From an uncultured Clostridia bacterium (GTDB taxonomy: Bacteria > Bacillota > Clostridia > TANB77 > CAG-508): a DNA stretch of 64,000 nucleotides. The stretch covers positions 298,769-362,768 of the forward strand of contig CAKPAI010000001.1 in the NCBI GenBank assembly GCA_934133005.1, read 5' to 3'. Below, one piece after another: positions 9,925 to 19,733 of this stretch (position 1 is its first letter; each line of letters starts with the position of its first letter). The position numbers were made by a program, and so were the translations under genes. Under the pieces are notes generated by a model, which was not told the DNA's origin, did not search any database, and saw nothing but the letters and a program-made list of their open reading frames with translations.

Positions 9925-10070
9925 TTAAATATGACATATTCTCCTTTTATTCTACTTTTTATATTATTTTAACCTATATTTCTTATTAATGTTTTATTAT
10001 ACTTGAAACTTCTTTGTATTTATACTTTAGCTTGCTCATTTTATATATTTGTTCAACTTAAATTTTTCTC

Positions 10071-13000
10071 CTATTTTATTCTAGAATCAATATATTTCCA
10101 TTCGTCATCTGTTATATTCCATTTTTCACAAAGATACTTATCTGTATAAATCCTATCGTACTTTCCTAAATCAGGTACAAAACAAAATTTATTTCTTAAT
10201 ACATCTTGTGAAACAACAGCTTGTAAAAGTAAAAATCTTATTGTTTTAGTAAATAAATATGATTTAAAATTTTTAACTTCTTCTTCTGTATCAAAAGCTC
10301 CTGCTACAATAAATGATTCTGTACAACATTCACCTGGTTTAGCAATATTCGTATTACCATCATAATAAAATCCAACTGGTTTAGTGAAATCTGTTTGTCC
10401 AGCAATTGGAGATCTAGGAACCAGTAATTTCCATTTATTTAATAATTTATTTTCATCATGTATATCTTTTAAATCGGCATATCTCTTTCCAATCTTTTGT
10501 ATAAACCAGCAAGGAACCCCTTTATCTTTAGGTTTATAATTCGTTGGTAGTCCAAAAGGTTTTTGTGGGGATACCACATTTTCTAGTGTTTTACCATTTT
10601 CTTGTACATTAAAGACTTTCCTAATAATTGGAATAGCTTGGTTAAATCTCACAAATGTATTAAATTCATTTAAATTTCTTGATGAAGAATATTTAACATT
10701 GTTTATAACATTAGTAACTTCACATTCTGTTTTATTATTTTTATCCCATAAGAAATAATTAACACCACCTGCAATATCAGCTGAATCAAAAACATCTCTA
10801 GTATTAGGATAATCAATAATTTTTGTTAAGCATGTATCATTTAGCATATCTTTTCTAAACTCATTCAATCCCATACCTCCAGAAAACCATCTCGATGGAG
10901 TAATCATGCTTATATATTTAGAATCTATTGATTTTGACATATTTATAAACAAATTATATATTGGTTTAGCCTGTGTACCATATCCACCAGTAATTTCTTG
11001 ATATGGAGGGTTTCCAACCACTGCATCGAATTTCATTTGCACTCCTTCCTTATTCCAACTATTAGCATTTAATACATAATTAGTAACTGCTGTTATATTT
11101 TCATCTAATTTAGTTGCAACATCTTCTATTAGTAAAGTATTTACATTATATTCTTTATAACCTGCTAATGTTCTTTTTACAATTTGCATTGCCATTTTAG
11201 TTTTACAAATTATAAAAATATTATTTTCTAATGTTTCTCTCCAAAAATCTTCATTTTTTTCTTCCGTGTAATCTTGCTTATTATAATTTAACAGTCTGTT
11301 CATGTATATACTATAAGAACAATACAAAGCATATAAACCTGTTTTTGAATTTATTTCTAATATTTTAACCTCATTATTCTCAAATAAATCCTTGGTAACA
11401 TTTCCTTGGTTTATAAATCTTGGTTCTTTATCTGGATAATTAAAATTATATCCTCCAATACAGTCTCCTAAATGCATATTTACTGTTTTCCAAGGTGTAA
11501 GTACAGTTTCTTTATCTGGATTTCTAAACATTGAGAATATTTCAGCTAGCTTTTGTATTCTTTCTTTTATAGGCAATGTGTCTGCATATAATGTTGAATT
11601 TCTAATTTGTCTTCCAGCTTCAATAAATATTTCATTATCATAATATTTAGAGAACTTTTTAAATACATCTTTTGTAACGCCATTAGGCATAAATTCATTC
11701 CATGATTTATCATCTACTAATTCAATAAAATTTTGGCTGTCAATATCTTTATTTATTTCAATATCTGCTCCATATATTAGTAATGGTATTCTTATTGATA
11801 TTCCTCTCAATATCGACATTGCTGTTGAAGCTTGTTTTTTCTTTTCTTTTTCTTCTTCAAGTAGTCTTTTTTCTTCTTCAGTTAGCTCTCTCTTAGGTTT
11901 CTTTTTGGCTTCTTCTAATTTCTCATATTCTTCATTATTAAATCCCTGATTGTTAATATCAATACTATCAATTCTTTTTGTTTGTTTACTAACTCCAACT
12001 ATTTTCTTTAAATCATCAAACTCTTTCAAATCTATTTCATCCATTTTTAGTAGATTATCATTATAAATATTTTTATCATCAAATCCATTGGTTACAACTC
12101 TTTGAGCTACTGCTTTTTTTAATTCTCTTAACATTTGAGTAACATCATATTTAATCATTTTAGAACCATCAATTCCAATAATTGGGCAAAAATTTAGAAA
12201 ATGGCTCATAATTTCTTGTGATTGAACTGAACCTGGTCTTACTGATAATTGACCTGCCTGTGCGGCCATTTTTAATGTTCTATCTGGAGCAAAATCAAAC
12301 ACATAACATTTCTCTTTAACTTTGCCTCCAATTTTAGCTGGTGTTTGAACTCTAAATATTGTTTGTAAATAACTAGAAGCCGATGTGGAATATGAGCCAG
12401 AAAGCATGAAAACAGCTGTCCATTCTGGTACACTAACTCCTGTAGTTAATCTTCCACATGAAATTGTAATAGTATTAGTTTCTTCTGGCTTATCTGTTAT
12501 TGCTGTTCTTACCTTCTTTAGAGCTTCTTCATATTTTTCTTCTTCATCACCATTTCCTGCTACATTAACAATCTGAAACATTCCAGATCCAAATACTTCA
12601 TGTTCTTTTAATAATTTACTTAAAGCTTTAGCCTCTTTAACTCCTGGTACCATCCATAATGAATGCCTAAAATATTCAATATACTCTTTAGTTGAATATG
12701 GATAATTAGAATTCTCGTCCTGCTTAGACAATAAATTTAAAAACCTATTTATATCATCTTTATGTACAAAATCTCCTTTTTCATATCCTTTTGGAATAGG
12801 TTTTCGATCAATCTCTAATTCTCCTGTCCAAGTTCTAAAAAATTCTCTAAAGTTAAATGCATTATCCGATACATCCACATATCTAGGCATCAATTTATCT
12901 AAATAATATGTATAAATATTAAGTTGTGGCAAATCGCTATACGGATTAGAATCTCCAAAATGTTCTATATCTGCATCCCATTCTAATTTAGCTGATTGTT

Positions 13001-14012
13001 CCATAATGTAATCCCATGTATAAATTTCATCTTCTTTAAAATCACTTAGTAAATTAAATGGTGTTCCAGATAACATCAATACTTTAGTTTTATAATCATC
13101 ATGTATCTTTACGACACCATCGATTGTCTTTTCTCCTAAACTTGTTCTTGTTCCTTCATGTGCCTCATCAATTACAACTAAGTCCCAGTTATTATTGAAA
13201 ATTAGTTCATCTTTATCAAAATTACCACCTACTTCTGATGATCCTCTTAAATCTTGAATAGAAGCAAAATATACAAATGGTTTATCGCTATCAATTAAAC
13301 TTTCTATATTTTCTCCAAAAGTTTTAGAACCATATTTATAATCACTATCTTTTGAAAATATTTTATTAAAGTCTTCAAACCATCCATTATTTACGACTGG
13401 TCTATGCGTAATTATTATTGTTTTTTTATACTTCTGCCTTCTTACTATTTCTAATGCAGTTAATGTTTTACCAAAACGCATTTTAGCATTCCAAAGCATA
13501 ATATCACTTTTTTTAAAATTTTCAATCGTTTTCTTTATTGCTTCTTCCTGTTCAGGTCTAAATACAATTGGATCCCTATCATAAGAGATCTCTTTTGCAG
13601 TTAACGCTTGTCTATTGTCTTTAACAGCCTTAATAGCTTGCTTAGCAGTTTCCAAATCCACAACAAACCATTCGTTTTGTTTATTCTCTGTATCAAAATA
13701 ATATCTTTCTAATCCGGACCTTAATAAAACATTATGAACTTTTGTATCTTTAAATGAATTACCGTTATTGTCAACTGCTAATTCTGTATATAATAATTCA
13801 TATTTTATACCAGCTGTTGATGTATAACTATTAATCCTATTTTTAGCGGCCTCATTTAATTCTTCAGAATTTGGTTGCAATTCTAACAAAGATTTATTTG
13901 TATGAACTGTAGCCTCTCCTATTTTCAATTTTCCACTATGAAATTCATCATTAATTCTAAAAATATAAATCAACTTATAGCTAAATGTCGACGTAAATTT
14001 ATTTGTTTCCAT
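10071..14012 (-). CDS. 1313-aa three-domain fusion: T5orf172/GIY-YIG-like N-terminal domain + SF2 (ResIII/DEAD-like) helicase + gamma-class N6-adenine DNA methyltransferase; Type ISP/IIG-like single-polypeptide RM candidate
   Basis: N-term YKLIYIFRINDEFHSGKLKIGEAT...NEWFVV (GIY..KIG.T..EWF pattern). Helicase motif I MRFGKTLTALE, II LVVIDEAHEG, III VLMLSGTPFN, VI QTIFRVQTP. MTase motif X TVLTPWKTVNM, motif I ILEINSKTGLYALY, motif IV AVVGNPPYQE. ~300 aa follow NPPY and could be the TRD. Confidence 0.7.
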   Translation of the reverse strand: METNKFTSTFSYKLIYIFRINDEFHSGKLKIGEATVHTNKSLLELQPNSEELNEAAKNRINSYTSTAGIKYELLYTELAVDNNGNSFKDTKVHNVLLRSGLERYYFDTENKQNEWFVVDLETAKQAIKAVKDNRQALTAKEISYDRDPIVFRPEQEEAIKKTIENFKKSDIMLWNAKMRFGKTLTALEIVRRQKYKKTIIITHRPVVNNGWFEDFNKIFSKDSDYKYGSKTFGENIESLIDSDKPFVYFASIQDLRGSSEVGGNFDKDELIFNNNWDLVVIDEAHEGTRTSLGEKTIDGVVKIHDDYKTKVLMLSGTPFNLLSDFKEDEIYTWDYIMEQSAKLEWDADIEHFGDSNPYSDLPQLNIYTYYLDKLMPRYVDVSDNAFNFREFFRTWTGELEIDRKPIPKGYEKGDFVHKDDINRFLNLLSKQDENSNYPYSTKEYIEYFRHSLWMVPGVKEAKALSKLLKEHEVFGSGMFQIVNVAGNGDEEEKYEEALKKVRTAITDKPEETNTITISCGRLTTGVSVPEWTAVFMLSGSYSTSASSYLQTIFRVQTPAKIGGKVKEKCYVFDFAPDRTLKMAAQAGQLSVRPGSVQSQEIMSHFLNFCPIIGIDGSKMIKYDVTQMLRELKKAVAQRVVTNGFDDKNIYNDNLLKMDEIDLKEFDDLKKIVGVSKQTKRIDSIDINNQGFNNEEYEKLEEAKKKPKRELTEEEKRLLEEEKEKKKQASTAMSILRGISIRIPLLIYGADIEINKDIDSQNFIELVDDKSWNEFMPNGVTKDVFKKFSKYYDNEIFIEAGRQIRNSTLYADTLPIKERIQKLAEIFSMFRNPDKETVLTPWKTVNMHLGDCIGGYNFNYPDKEPRFINQGNVTKDLFENNEVKILEINSKTGLYALYCSYSIYMNRLLNYNKQDYTEEKNEDFWRETLENNIFIICKTKMAMQIVKRTLAGYKEYNVNTLLIEDVATKLDENITAVTNYVLNANSWNKEGVQMKFDAVVGNPPYQEITGGYGTQAKPIYNLFINMSKSIDSKYISMITPSRWFSGGMGLNEFRKDMLNDTCLTKIIDYPNTRDVFDSADIAGGVNYFLWDKNNKTECEVTNVINNVKYSSSRNLNEFNTFVRFNQAIPIIRKVFNVQENGKTLENVVSPQKPFGLPTNYKPKDKGVPCWFIQKIGKRYADLKDIHDENKLLNKWKLLVPRSPIAGQTDFTKPVGFYYDGNTNIAKPGECCTESFIVAGAFDTEEEVKNFKSYLFTKTIRFLLLQAVVSQDVLRNKFCFVPDLGKYDRIYTDKYLCEKWNITDDEWKYIDSRIK

Positions 14013-14991
14013 TTTTTCTACTCCTATTTAATAATGTAGTATATTTTATTGGTCTATTAGTTTCCCAATTCATTATTTTACAATAAATTCCATTATGTTT
14101 TTTATAATTATTTTTTTCACAGCCTATACAACTTATTTTTTGTGGCACATCTCCAAATAATGACATATTAATTACTTCATCTGTTTTGCAACTATATGGA
14201 ACTACAAATTTTGTGCCGTCCATTTGCCACACATTCCAAGAAATAATTTTCGCAATCTCTATAATATCTTCAATAAGTGGTTTTTCTTTAAATTTGTATA
14301 AATAATTATCTATAAATGTATACAACAAATTTTCTCTTGCAATCAACAAATTATCTCCTTGAAATTCAAAACCATAAGTATTTTTATATGCTTTCTGTAC
14401 CCAATCCATCCATTCTAACTTATCATTTACATTTTCATTTATAACTCTTAATTTTCTATCTAATAATCCTATCCTATTATTTACTTCTATAATATCACCT
14501 GAAACATTATCATATCTACTTACCAAATATGGTGCTTCTCCACAGGATACTTCCAATCTAGTATTGTAAACATAATCTTGCCATGTTTTATTCGTTTTAG
14601 TTGGAAAATTTATTTTTTCCTTATTTGAAATCCAACTTTTATCACTCTCAATATTAAAAAAACTATCTTCCCCTGACCAAGCATTATCTATTAAATTATT
14701 TTGTGAATTACAAATCCAAGATGGAGTAAAAACTTCAGCCTTATCTCTTATTCTCTTTTCTTGTTCTTTTTTACTTTTCTTTACTCTAGGTTTAATTACA
14801 TTTCCATTATAGCCTGTAATATTTTCAATTTTTATATTATCTTTAACTCCAAATCCTATACCTTTATCTCTATAATTATCAGTAGCCCAAATAATATTGT
14901 TATTTGTCGTATGATCTTTAAGAAGGATATGTAATAATTCATAATTTGTTTTTAGCAATATATTTTCCTGTATATCTGCACTATTTTCCAT
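13999..14991 (-). CDS. Hypothetical 330-aa protein translationally coupled (start/stop overlap) to the helicase-MTase fusion; Cys-rich C-terminus
   Basis: Its stop overlaps the ATG of the downstream 1313-aa gene. Contains AEVFTPSWICN but no MTase motif I/IV. C-terminal CIGCEKNNYKKHNGIYCKIMNW cluster. Function unassigned. Confidence 0.5.
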   Translation of the reverse strand: MENSADIQENILLKTNYELLHILLKDHTTNNNIIWATDNYRDKGIGFGVKDNIKIENITGYNGNVIKPRVKKSKKEQEKRIRDKAEVFTPSWICNSQNNLIDNAWSGEDSFFNIESDKSWISNKEKINFPTKTNKTWQDYVYNTRLEVSCGEAPYLVSRYDNVSGDIIEVNNRIGLLDRKLRVINENVNDKLEWMDWVQKAYKNTYGFEFQGDNLLIARENLLYTFIDNYLYKFKEKPLIEDIIEIAKIISWNVWQMDGTKFVVPYSCKTDEVINMSLFGDVPQKISCIGCEKNNYKKHNGIYCKIMNWETNRPIKYTTLLNRSRKNGNK

Positions 14992-15094
14992 ATTTTCCTC
15001 CCTTCAAATCAGTATAAACATTCTATACTATTTTATATCACAAATTATTCTTTTTCTCAATATAATTCTTGATATTTCTCTCTATTATATATCT

Positions 15095-15718
15095 TTAATT
15101 TCTTCCAAAAAAATGATCATAAGGATAACTAGCTTTAATATATTTTTCAGTTAATTCCATCTTATACTTTTCTAACAATTCCAAATATTTTTGTTTAAAA
15201 ACATTTTTACAAATCCACTCAACACCTTTACTAGAAATAATAACCTTGCCATCAACTAAAAATTTATATTGCTCAAATCCATTATCACACATTTTTTTAA
15301 CTGCTTTTCTAACAGTAATATCTCTTCTATCAAAATACTCACATAGTTGTTTTATTTTCATATCTTCATTCCACCAATTTTTATTATGTTCTACTTTTAA
15401 TAATTCTTCATATTGTCTAATTCTATCTTCAAAAAAATCCACATCAGCATCTATTAAAGATTTTTCTTTTTGAAAATACACTTGAGTTAACCATACATAT
15501 CCTTCTGCTAAAATAAAATATTTCCTACTTTTTACTTTCTCACTCCTCCATCTGCAAGTTGGATGTTTTTTTAGCATAACTTCTATAGCTTTTCTTAAAT
15601 CTTTATGTGTTATTTCTTTTCCATATTTAGTAGTAACACCTAGTAATTGAAATCTCTTTAAGATTTTATTATATGATAAGAAAATACTATCTAAAACTTG
15701 CTCTGAATCCATTTTCAT
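15095..15718 (-). CDS. Phage-related regulatory/DNA-binding protein (possible antirepressor / KilA-C-like); low-confidence family call
   Basis: 207 aa, W/K-rich, sits immediately upstream of phage-type replication genes. No catalytic motifs. Call is by context and general resemblance only. Confidence 0.3.
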   Translation of the reverse strand: MKMDSEQVLDSIFLSYNKILKRFQLLGVTTKYGKEITHKDLRKAIEVMLKKHPTCRWRSEKVKSRKYFILAEGYVWLTQVYFQKEKSLIDADVDFFEDRIRQYEELLKVEHNKNWWNEDMKIKQLCEYFDRRDITVRKAVKKMCDNGFEQYKFLVDGKVIISSKGVEWICKNVFKQKYLELLEKYKMELTEKYIKASYPYDHFFGRN

Positions 15719-16032
15719 TTTTCATCACTCCTACTTTCTTAATTTTATTAATGCTAGTCTACGTAGCATTGATAGTTGGCAAAATTTATTTTGCTCCGAA
15801 TAATGAGGCATTTTTTAATGCCCAATATTCGCCAGCGTGGTGTTTTGACACCCTTTTTGCTGTTTAGGGCAACATGCCCTAATACCCTTTTGGGCTCTCC
15901 GAGGGATACTTTTGATATAAATTTTTTCAAAATATTTTCAAAAAAGTTCAAATTTCTAAAATAAAAACTTGAACTTTTTTGCTTTACTTTTGTTTAAAAA
16001 TATATTATAATATTTTTAGATTTTGGATTAAG

Positions 16033-16887
16033 TTAGCATTTAGTTTTATCGCTTTTGCTAGCTTTTTCTTTTTCATTTATATCATTTTTTATGAGTGAAA
16101 TTCCATAACACATTTTGTATAAAATTTGTATGAATTCTTCTGCTAATTTCCTATTTTCAATAGCAATTTTCTCCAACAATTCTTCTCTTGTATATCTAGT
16201 TGTAATTACTATTGGTAACTCGTTTTCATATCTATTGTTAATAATTCTATACAACTTTTCTAAAGCCCATTTAGTTATTGTTTCACTCCCAAAATCATCG
16301 ATAATTAACATATCAACATTAGAATAAAGTTCCATAATTTCTGACTCTGTCGTAACAGTTTTATTAAAAGATTCTTTTATTCTATCTGTTATAGATCTAG
16401 TCCTTTCCAATAATGCAATTTTTTTATTTCTAATAATCTCATTAGCAATACTTGCTGCTAAATGAGTGTTTTCATATCCTATACTTCCATATATAATAAT
16501 TCCATCTTTAACTTTATTTTCTATACATAAATGTGTATATTTCATTAATGTTGTTATTGTTTCTTGGTTATCTTTAAATCTATCAAAATTTAAAAAATTA
16601 CAATATTTTAATTTCTTTTTTATACAACCATCCTTATATATTTTATTTATAATTTCTCTATACTTTCTTTGTTTTTCTTTTTCATTTTGCTTTGAATCAT
16701 ATTGTTTCCAAAATGCAATTGCTTCACTACAATCACACCTTTCATATTCTACCATATCGTGATTAACATTTGCATAAAGATAACTTAATCCTAATGGCTT
16801 TAATTTTTTATTGCAAAATCCACATTTTGCACCTTCATTGGTGATAACTTTAAAATTCACATTTTCTAAATCCACTTCTATTCTCAT
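16033..16887 (-). CDS. DnaC/IstB-like AAA+ helicase loader with N-terminal Zn-finger (phage replication protein)
   Basis: Walker B-like MLIIDDFGSE. LPIVITTRYTREEL (DnaC box). N-terminal CGFCNKK...CDCSE cysteine pairs. Confidence 0.65.
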   Translation of the reverse strand: MRIEVDLENVNFKVITNEGAKCGFCNKKLKPLGLSYLYANVNHDMVEYERCDCSEAIAFWKQYDSKQNEKEKQRKYREIINKIYKDGCIKKKLKYCNFLNFDRFKDNQETITTLMKYTHLCIENKVKDGIIIYGSIGYENTHLAASIANEIIRNKKIALLERTRSITDRIKESFNKTVTTESEIMELYSNVDMLIIDDFGSETITKWALEKLYRIINNRYENELPIVITTRYTREELLEKIAIENRKLAEEFIQILYKMCYGISLIKNDINEKEKASKSDKTKC

Positions 16888-17359
16888 CTCCTTCTTTAGC
16901 TAATATATTTTTAATCTTATTTTCTTCTTGTGTGTTATCCAACGTTATTGTAACGTTACTTTCTTCTTTTTCACTTTTCAACTTTTCACGATATTTTTGT
17001 TGTCTAATTCTATTTTGTTCTTTATATTTTTCATATGGCTCAATGCTTTGATACTTGTCCCAATTTTTAATTTTATATGCTTCATCTTCTACAATTAGCA
17101 TATTTAATTCTAGAAATTTTTGAATAATTTTTTCGATTTTTTTCTTAGATTTTCCCATAATCTTTGAAAAATTTTCTATTGTCATTGGTTTATTATTGCC
17201 TATTACTAATTTTCCATTTCTATTGCATTCTACAGCAATAATTAATAATTGAATCCATACTCTAAAATATGTATCTCCATCTGGTTCTCTTAACAGTATT
17301 TGAATTTTCCTATTTGAAAATATTTTTAATTCTATTTTCAACCATTGTAAACTATACAT
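16850..17359 (-). CDS. Phage replisome organizer N-terminal domain protein (DnaD-like)
   Basis: MYSLQWLKIELKIFSNRKIQILLREPDGDTYFRVWIQLLIIAVECNRNGKLV matches the conserved WIKL..IF...KI..L...P.GD...WI.LL.A..N..G.L pattern of phage_rep_org_N. Confidence 0.7.
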   Translation of the reverse strand: MYSLQWLKIELKIFSNRKIQILLREPDGDTYFRVWIQLLIIAVECNRNGKLVIGNNKPMTIENFSKIMGKSKKKIEKIIQKFLELNMLIVEDEAYKIKNWDKYQSIEPYEKYKEQNRIRQQKYREKLKSEKEESNVTITLDNTQEENKIKNILAKEGDENRSGFRKCEF

Positions 17360-17387
17360 ATCCTCCTTTCCTCGCTTTCTTTGTAAT

Positions 17388-17633
17388 CTAACTTATAGAT
17401 TTTTGTTCCATATTTTTTAAATATTCATCTAGCGCTTGTACTCTAAATAAATACTTTCCACCAACTTTAGAGCATGGTATTTGCTTTCTTCTTACTAATT
17501 GATTTATCAACCAGTAAGATACACCTAAATACTCTGCTGCTTCTTTCATTGTTAGTGTCGTCCTTTGAATTTTTGGTAATTCCATAATATCACCTCCTGT
17601 TTTTTGAAATTTAGTATTGACTTTTGTTAACAT
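17388..17633 (-). CDS. xis: Excisionase-family helix-turn-helix DNA-binding protein (Xis/MerR-like); probable true start ~17585 (MELPKIQ...)
   Basis: LTMKEAAEYLGVSYWLINQLVRRKQIPCSKVGGKYLFRVQALDEYL is a typical excisionase-family HTH. Strong RBS caggaggtgatattATG before internal Met. Confidence 0.65.
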   Translation of the reverse strand: MLTKVNTKFQKTGGDIMELPKIQRTTLTMKEAAEYLGVSYWLINQLVRRKQIPCSKVGGKYLFRVQALDEYLKNMEQKSIS

Positions 17634-17733
17634 TTGTATTATATTGTCAATAGTTAACTTTGTAAATACTTTTGGGTTTATTTTGATAGCAGGTTAACTT
17701 TAAGTGAATTTATAAACTGTTAACGGAGGAATT
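17586..17733. promoter_or_regulatory. Divergent promoter/operator region with four GTTAAC palindromes (approx. 17625, 17653, 17692, 17718) and a TTGACT -35
   Basis: Four copies of GTTAAC (three as TTGTTAAC/GGTTAAC/AGTTAAC + CTTT) within ~100 bp between divergently transcribed xis-like gene and 17734 gene. Same motif recurs twice in the int promoter. Confidence 0.5.
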
Positions 17734-18783
17734 ATGAATAAAATAAAATATGATGAACCTATAAATATCTTTGTTTCAACAAATGAAGAATTTACCCATA
17801 AGGCATTTTTATGCGGAAAAACAAAATCATCAAAACCTAAGTATTATGATTTAAAAGATGGAGATACTGGCTATTTTACTATTGATACTATAACTAACAC
17901 ACAACCACTTTGTAGCGAACTCATCTCTTTCTTAAATTGTGATTTTGATAATATTGATGAATGTTTTATGTGGTTTACTAAGTTTTTCACTTCATACATA
18001 ATATATACTGGAGAAGAAGATATAAATAAGTTTGAAATTAATAAATTTTATTCTTTTAGTAAAGTAAAAAATTTATTTAAAAAATATTATGAAGAAATAA
18101 AAAAAGACTCAAAACATGGTCAAAAACTATTATCAAAATTTGTTGATTATATATTTAACCTTGATAACATTAAAGAAATAAATGACTTTAGTACAAAAAT
18201 AAGATTTTATATTTATTATAATTCTCATTTTAAGGAACTTGATAGATTTATAAATAATCATTTTTCTATGCCACAAGGCTTTTCTTTTAGAACTATTTCT
18301 GATATTAAAGGAAATACAGAAAAAGATTTAATAAAATTCTTTAAGTCTAAATCCTCTTATGAAATTGAACCAAATTATAGCACTAGTAACGAAAACATTT
18401 ATGAAATTTTATATGTTACATTGTTTCAATTCGTACTTAATAATAAATATCTTATCAAGAAATGTAAAAATTGTGGTAAATACTTTATAACAGATAATCC
18501 ACGTATTAATTACTGTAATAATTTATACAAAGAAAAACAAACTTGTAGAGATATCGGAAACCAAATTGCTCAAAGAGTTAAGCAAGAAAATGAGATTGTT
18601 TATGGTAAATATCGTAAGATTTATGCAAAAAAAGCAATGTTAGTAAAACGTAATCCTGATATAGAAGTTTATAAGATTGATTATGAAAATTGGAAAAAAG
18701 AAGCTAAAGAATTTATGGATGCCATTAGATCTGAGGAGAAAACTTATAAAGAATTTGATGAGTGGTTGGAAGAAAACAAATAA
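17734..18783 (+). CDS. Hypothetical protein with C-terminal CxNCxxYF...YCN...TC[RK]D[IV]G zinc-finger-like domain; paralog of 27455-28774
   Basis: C-terminal KKCKNCGKYFITDNPRINYCNN...KQTCRDIGNQ aligns with ECENCHQYFIPVNRKDEIYCNR...EKTCKDVGAM of the element-2 protein. Both are transcribed divergently from an excisionase-like HTH gene. Confidence 0.55.
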   Translation: MNKIKYDEPINIFVSTNEEFTHKAFLCGKTKSSKPKYYDLKDGDTGYFTIDTITNTQPLCSELISFLNCDFDNIDECFMWFTKFFTSYIIYTGEEDINKFEINKFYSFSKVKNLFKKYYEEIKKDSKHGQKLLSKFVDYIFNLDNIKEINDFSTKIRFYIYYNSHFKELDRFINNHFSMPQGFSFRTISDIKGNTEKDLIKFFKSKSSYEIEPNYSTSNENIYEILYVTLFQFVLNNKYLIKKCKNCGKYFITDNPRINYCNNLYKEKQTCRDIGNQIAQRVKQENEIVYGKYRKIYAKKAMLVKRNPDIEVYKIDYENWKKEAKEFMDAIRSEEKTYKEFDEWLEENK

Positions 18784-18809
18784 AGGAAAAGTTTATTGCT
18801 TTTCCTTAT

Positions 18810-19712
18810 TTATATAATCATTTCATAATCTATAATATCTCTTACATAATTTTCAAGTAAATTGTCATCAGAAATATATTCGCCCCATTCACAATCACAT
18901 GATATTAATTGATGCCCACATATAGGACACATTTCCCAGTCACATCCATCTAGATGATTTTCTCCTTTTTTAGCTCCACAATCGCCACAGTACTTGCAAT
19001 CAATTGAATAATATGAATCATTCGTATTGAACTTATAATTATAAAATTTCTCTTCATCTCCATATTTTATTCTCTTATATGCATTATTATCTTTTGTAAG
19101 TATATACGAATAGTATTGATTTTCCTCAATATCCTCTTTAAACTGTTTTAATTGTTTTTTAGTAAACTCAATTCCTCTAAAAACCTCAAAATCCTTTGCA
19201 TTATTTAAAATATTCTCAATAACATATTTATATTCTTCATTTTGATATTTATGGTGAAAAATTCTATAGTGTAATTTTGTATAAAGCTCAAATAACTTAC
19301 AATATTTTCTTTTTATTTCAATCGAATTAGCATTTACTTTAAAATGAATAAAATTATTTCTTATATTACCACAAGTAATCAATAAATCAGTTTCATTTTG
19401 TGAAAACAATTTTGGCTTTAAATTTTGCAATCTTGCTATCGATTTCGAATATGTTATAGTTTTTGCTTTATCGCTAATTTTCTCATCAATATTTTCATAA
19501 ATCAAACTTTCGTTAATTCTAAACAGAGCTTCTTTTAATAGTAATTCAATTGCTTGAACTAATAATATAAATGTTGTTTTCCACTTTCTTTTTTCTTCTA
19601 TAGAATTTCTATCTTCATCATGGCTTTCATCATATCCTATCTTTTTATAATAGTATAATGTTTCTTTAATATAATCATATGAATTCTCTATTAAATTTAA
19701 TTCAAAATTCAT
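18810..19712 (-). CDS. HEPN-like (Rx4H) protein with Cys/His-rich C-terminal zinc-ribbon cluster; third gene of SLATT-SMODS operon
   Basis: Helical N-terminal region LLVQAIELLLKEALFRI ... ITCGNIRNNFIHF (R-N-x-F-x-H = HEPN Rx4-6H motif). C-terminal DCKYCGDCGAKKGENHLDGCDWEMCPICGHQLISCDCEWGE. Starts 21 nt after SMODS stop. Confidence 0.45.
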   Translation of the reverse strand: MNFELNLIENSYDYIKETLYYYKKIGYDESHDEDRNSIEEKRKWKTTFILLVQAIELLLKEALFRINESLIYENIDEKISDKAKTITYSKSIARLQNLKPKLFSQNETDLLITCGNIRNNFIHFKVNANSIEIKRKYCKLFELYTKLHYRIFHHKYQNEEYKYVIENILNNAKDFEVFRGIEFTKKQLKQFKEDIEENQYYSYILTKDNNAYKRIKYGDEEKFYNYKFNTNDSYYSIDCKYCGDCGAKKGENHLDGCDWEMCPICGHQLISCDCEWGEYISDDNLLENYVRDIIDYEMII

Positions 19713-19733
19713 CTTATATTTTCTCGCTTTCTT

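Noticed and set aside
15754-15964. Two overlapping small ORFs (65 and 62 aa) in the 15.7-16.0 kb intergenic region
   Set aside because: Mutually overlapping on opposite strands, no RBS. Region looks like promoter/terminator space with a short AGGGCaacatGCCCT hairpin.
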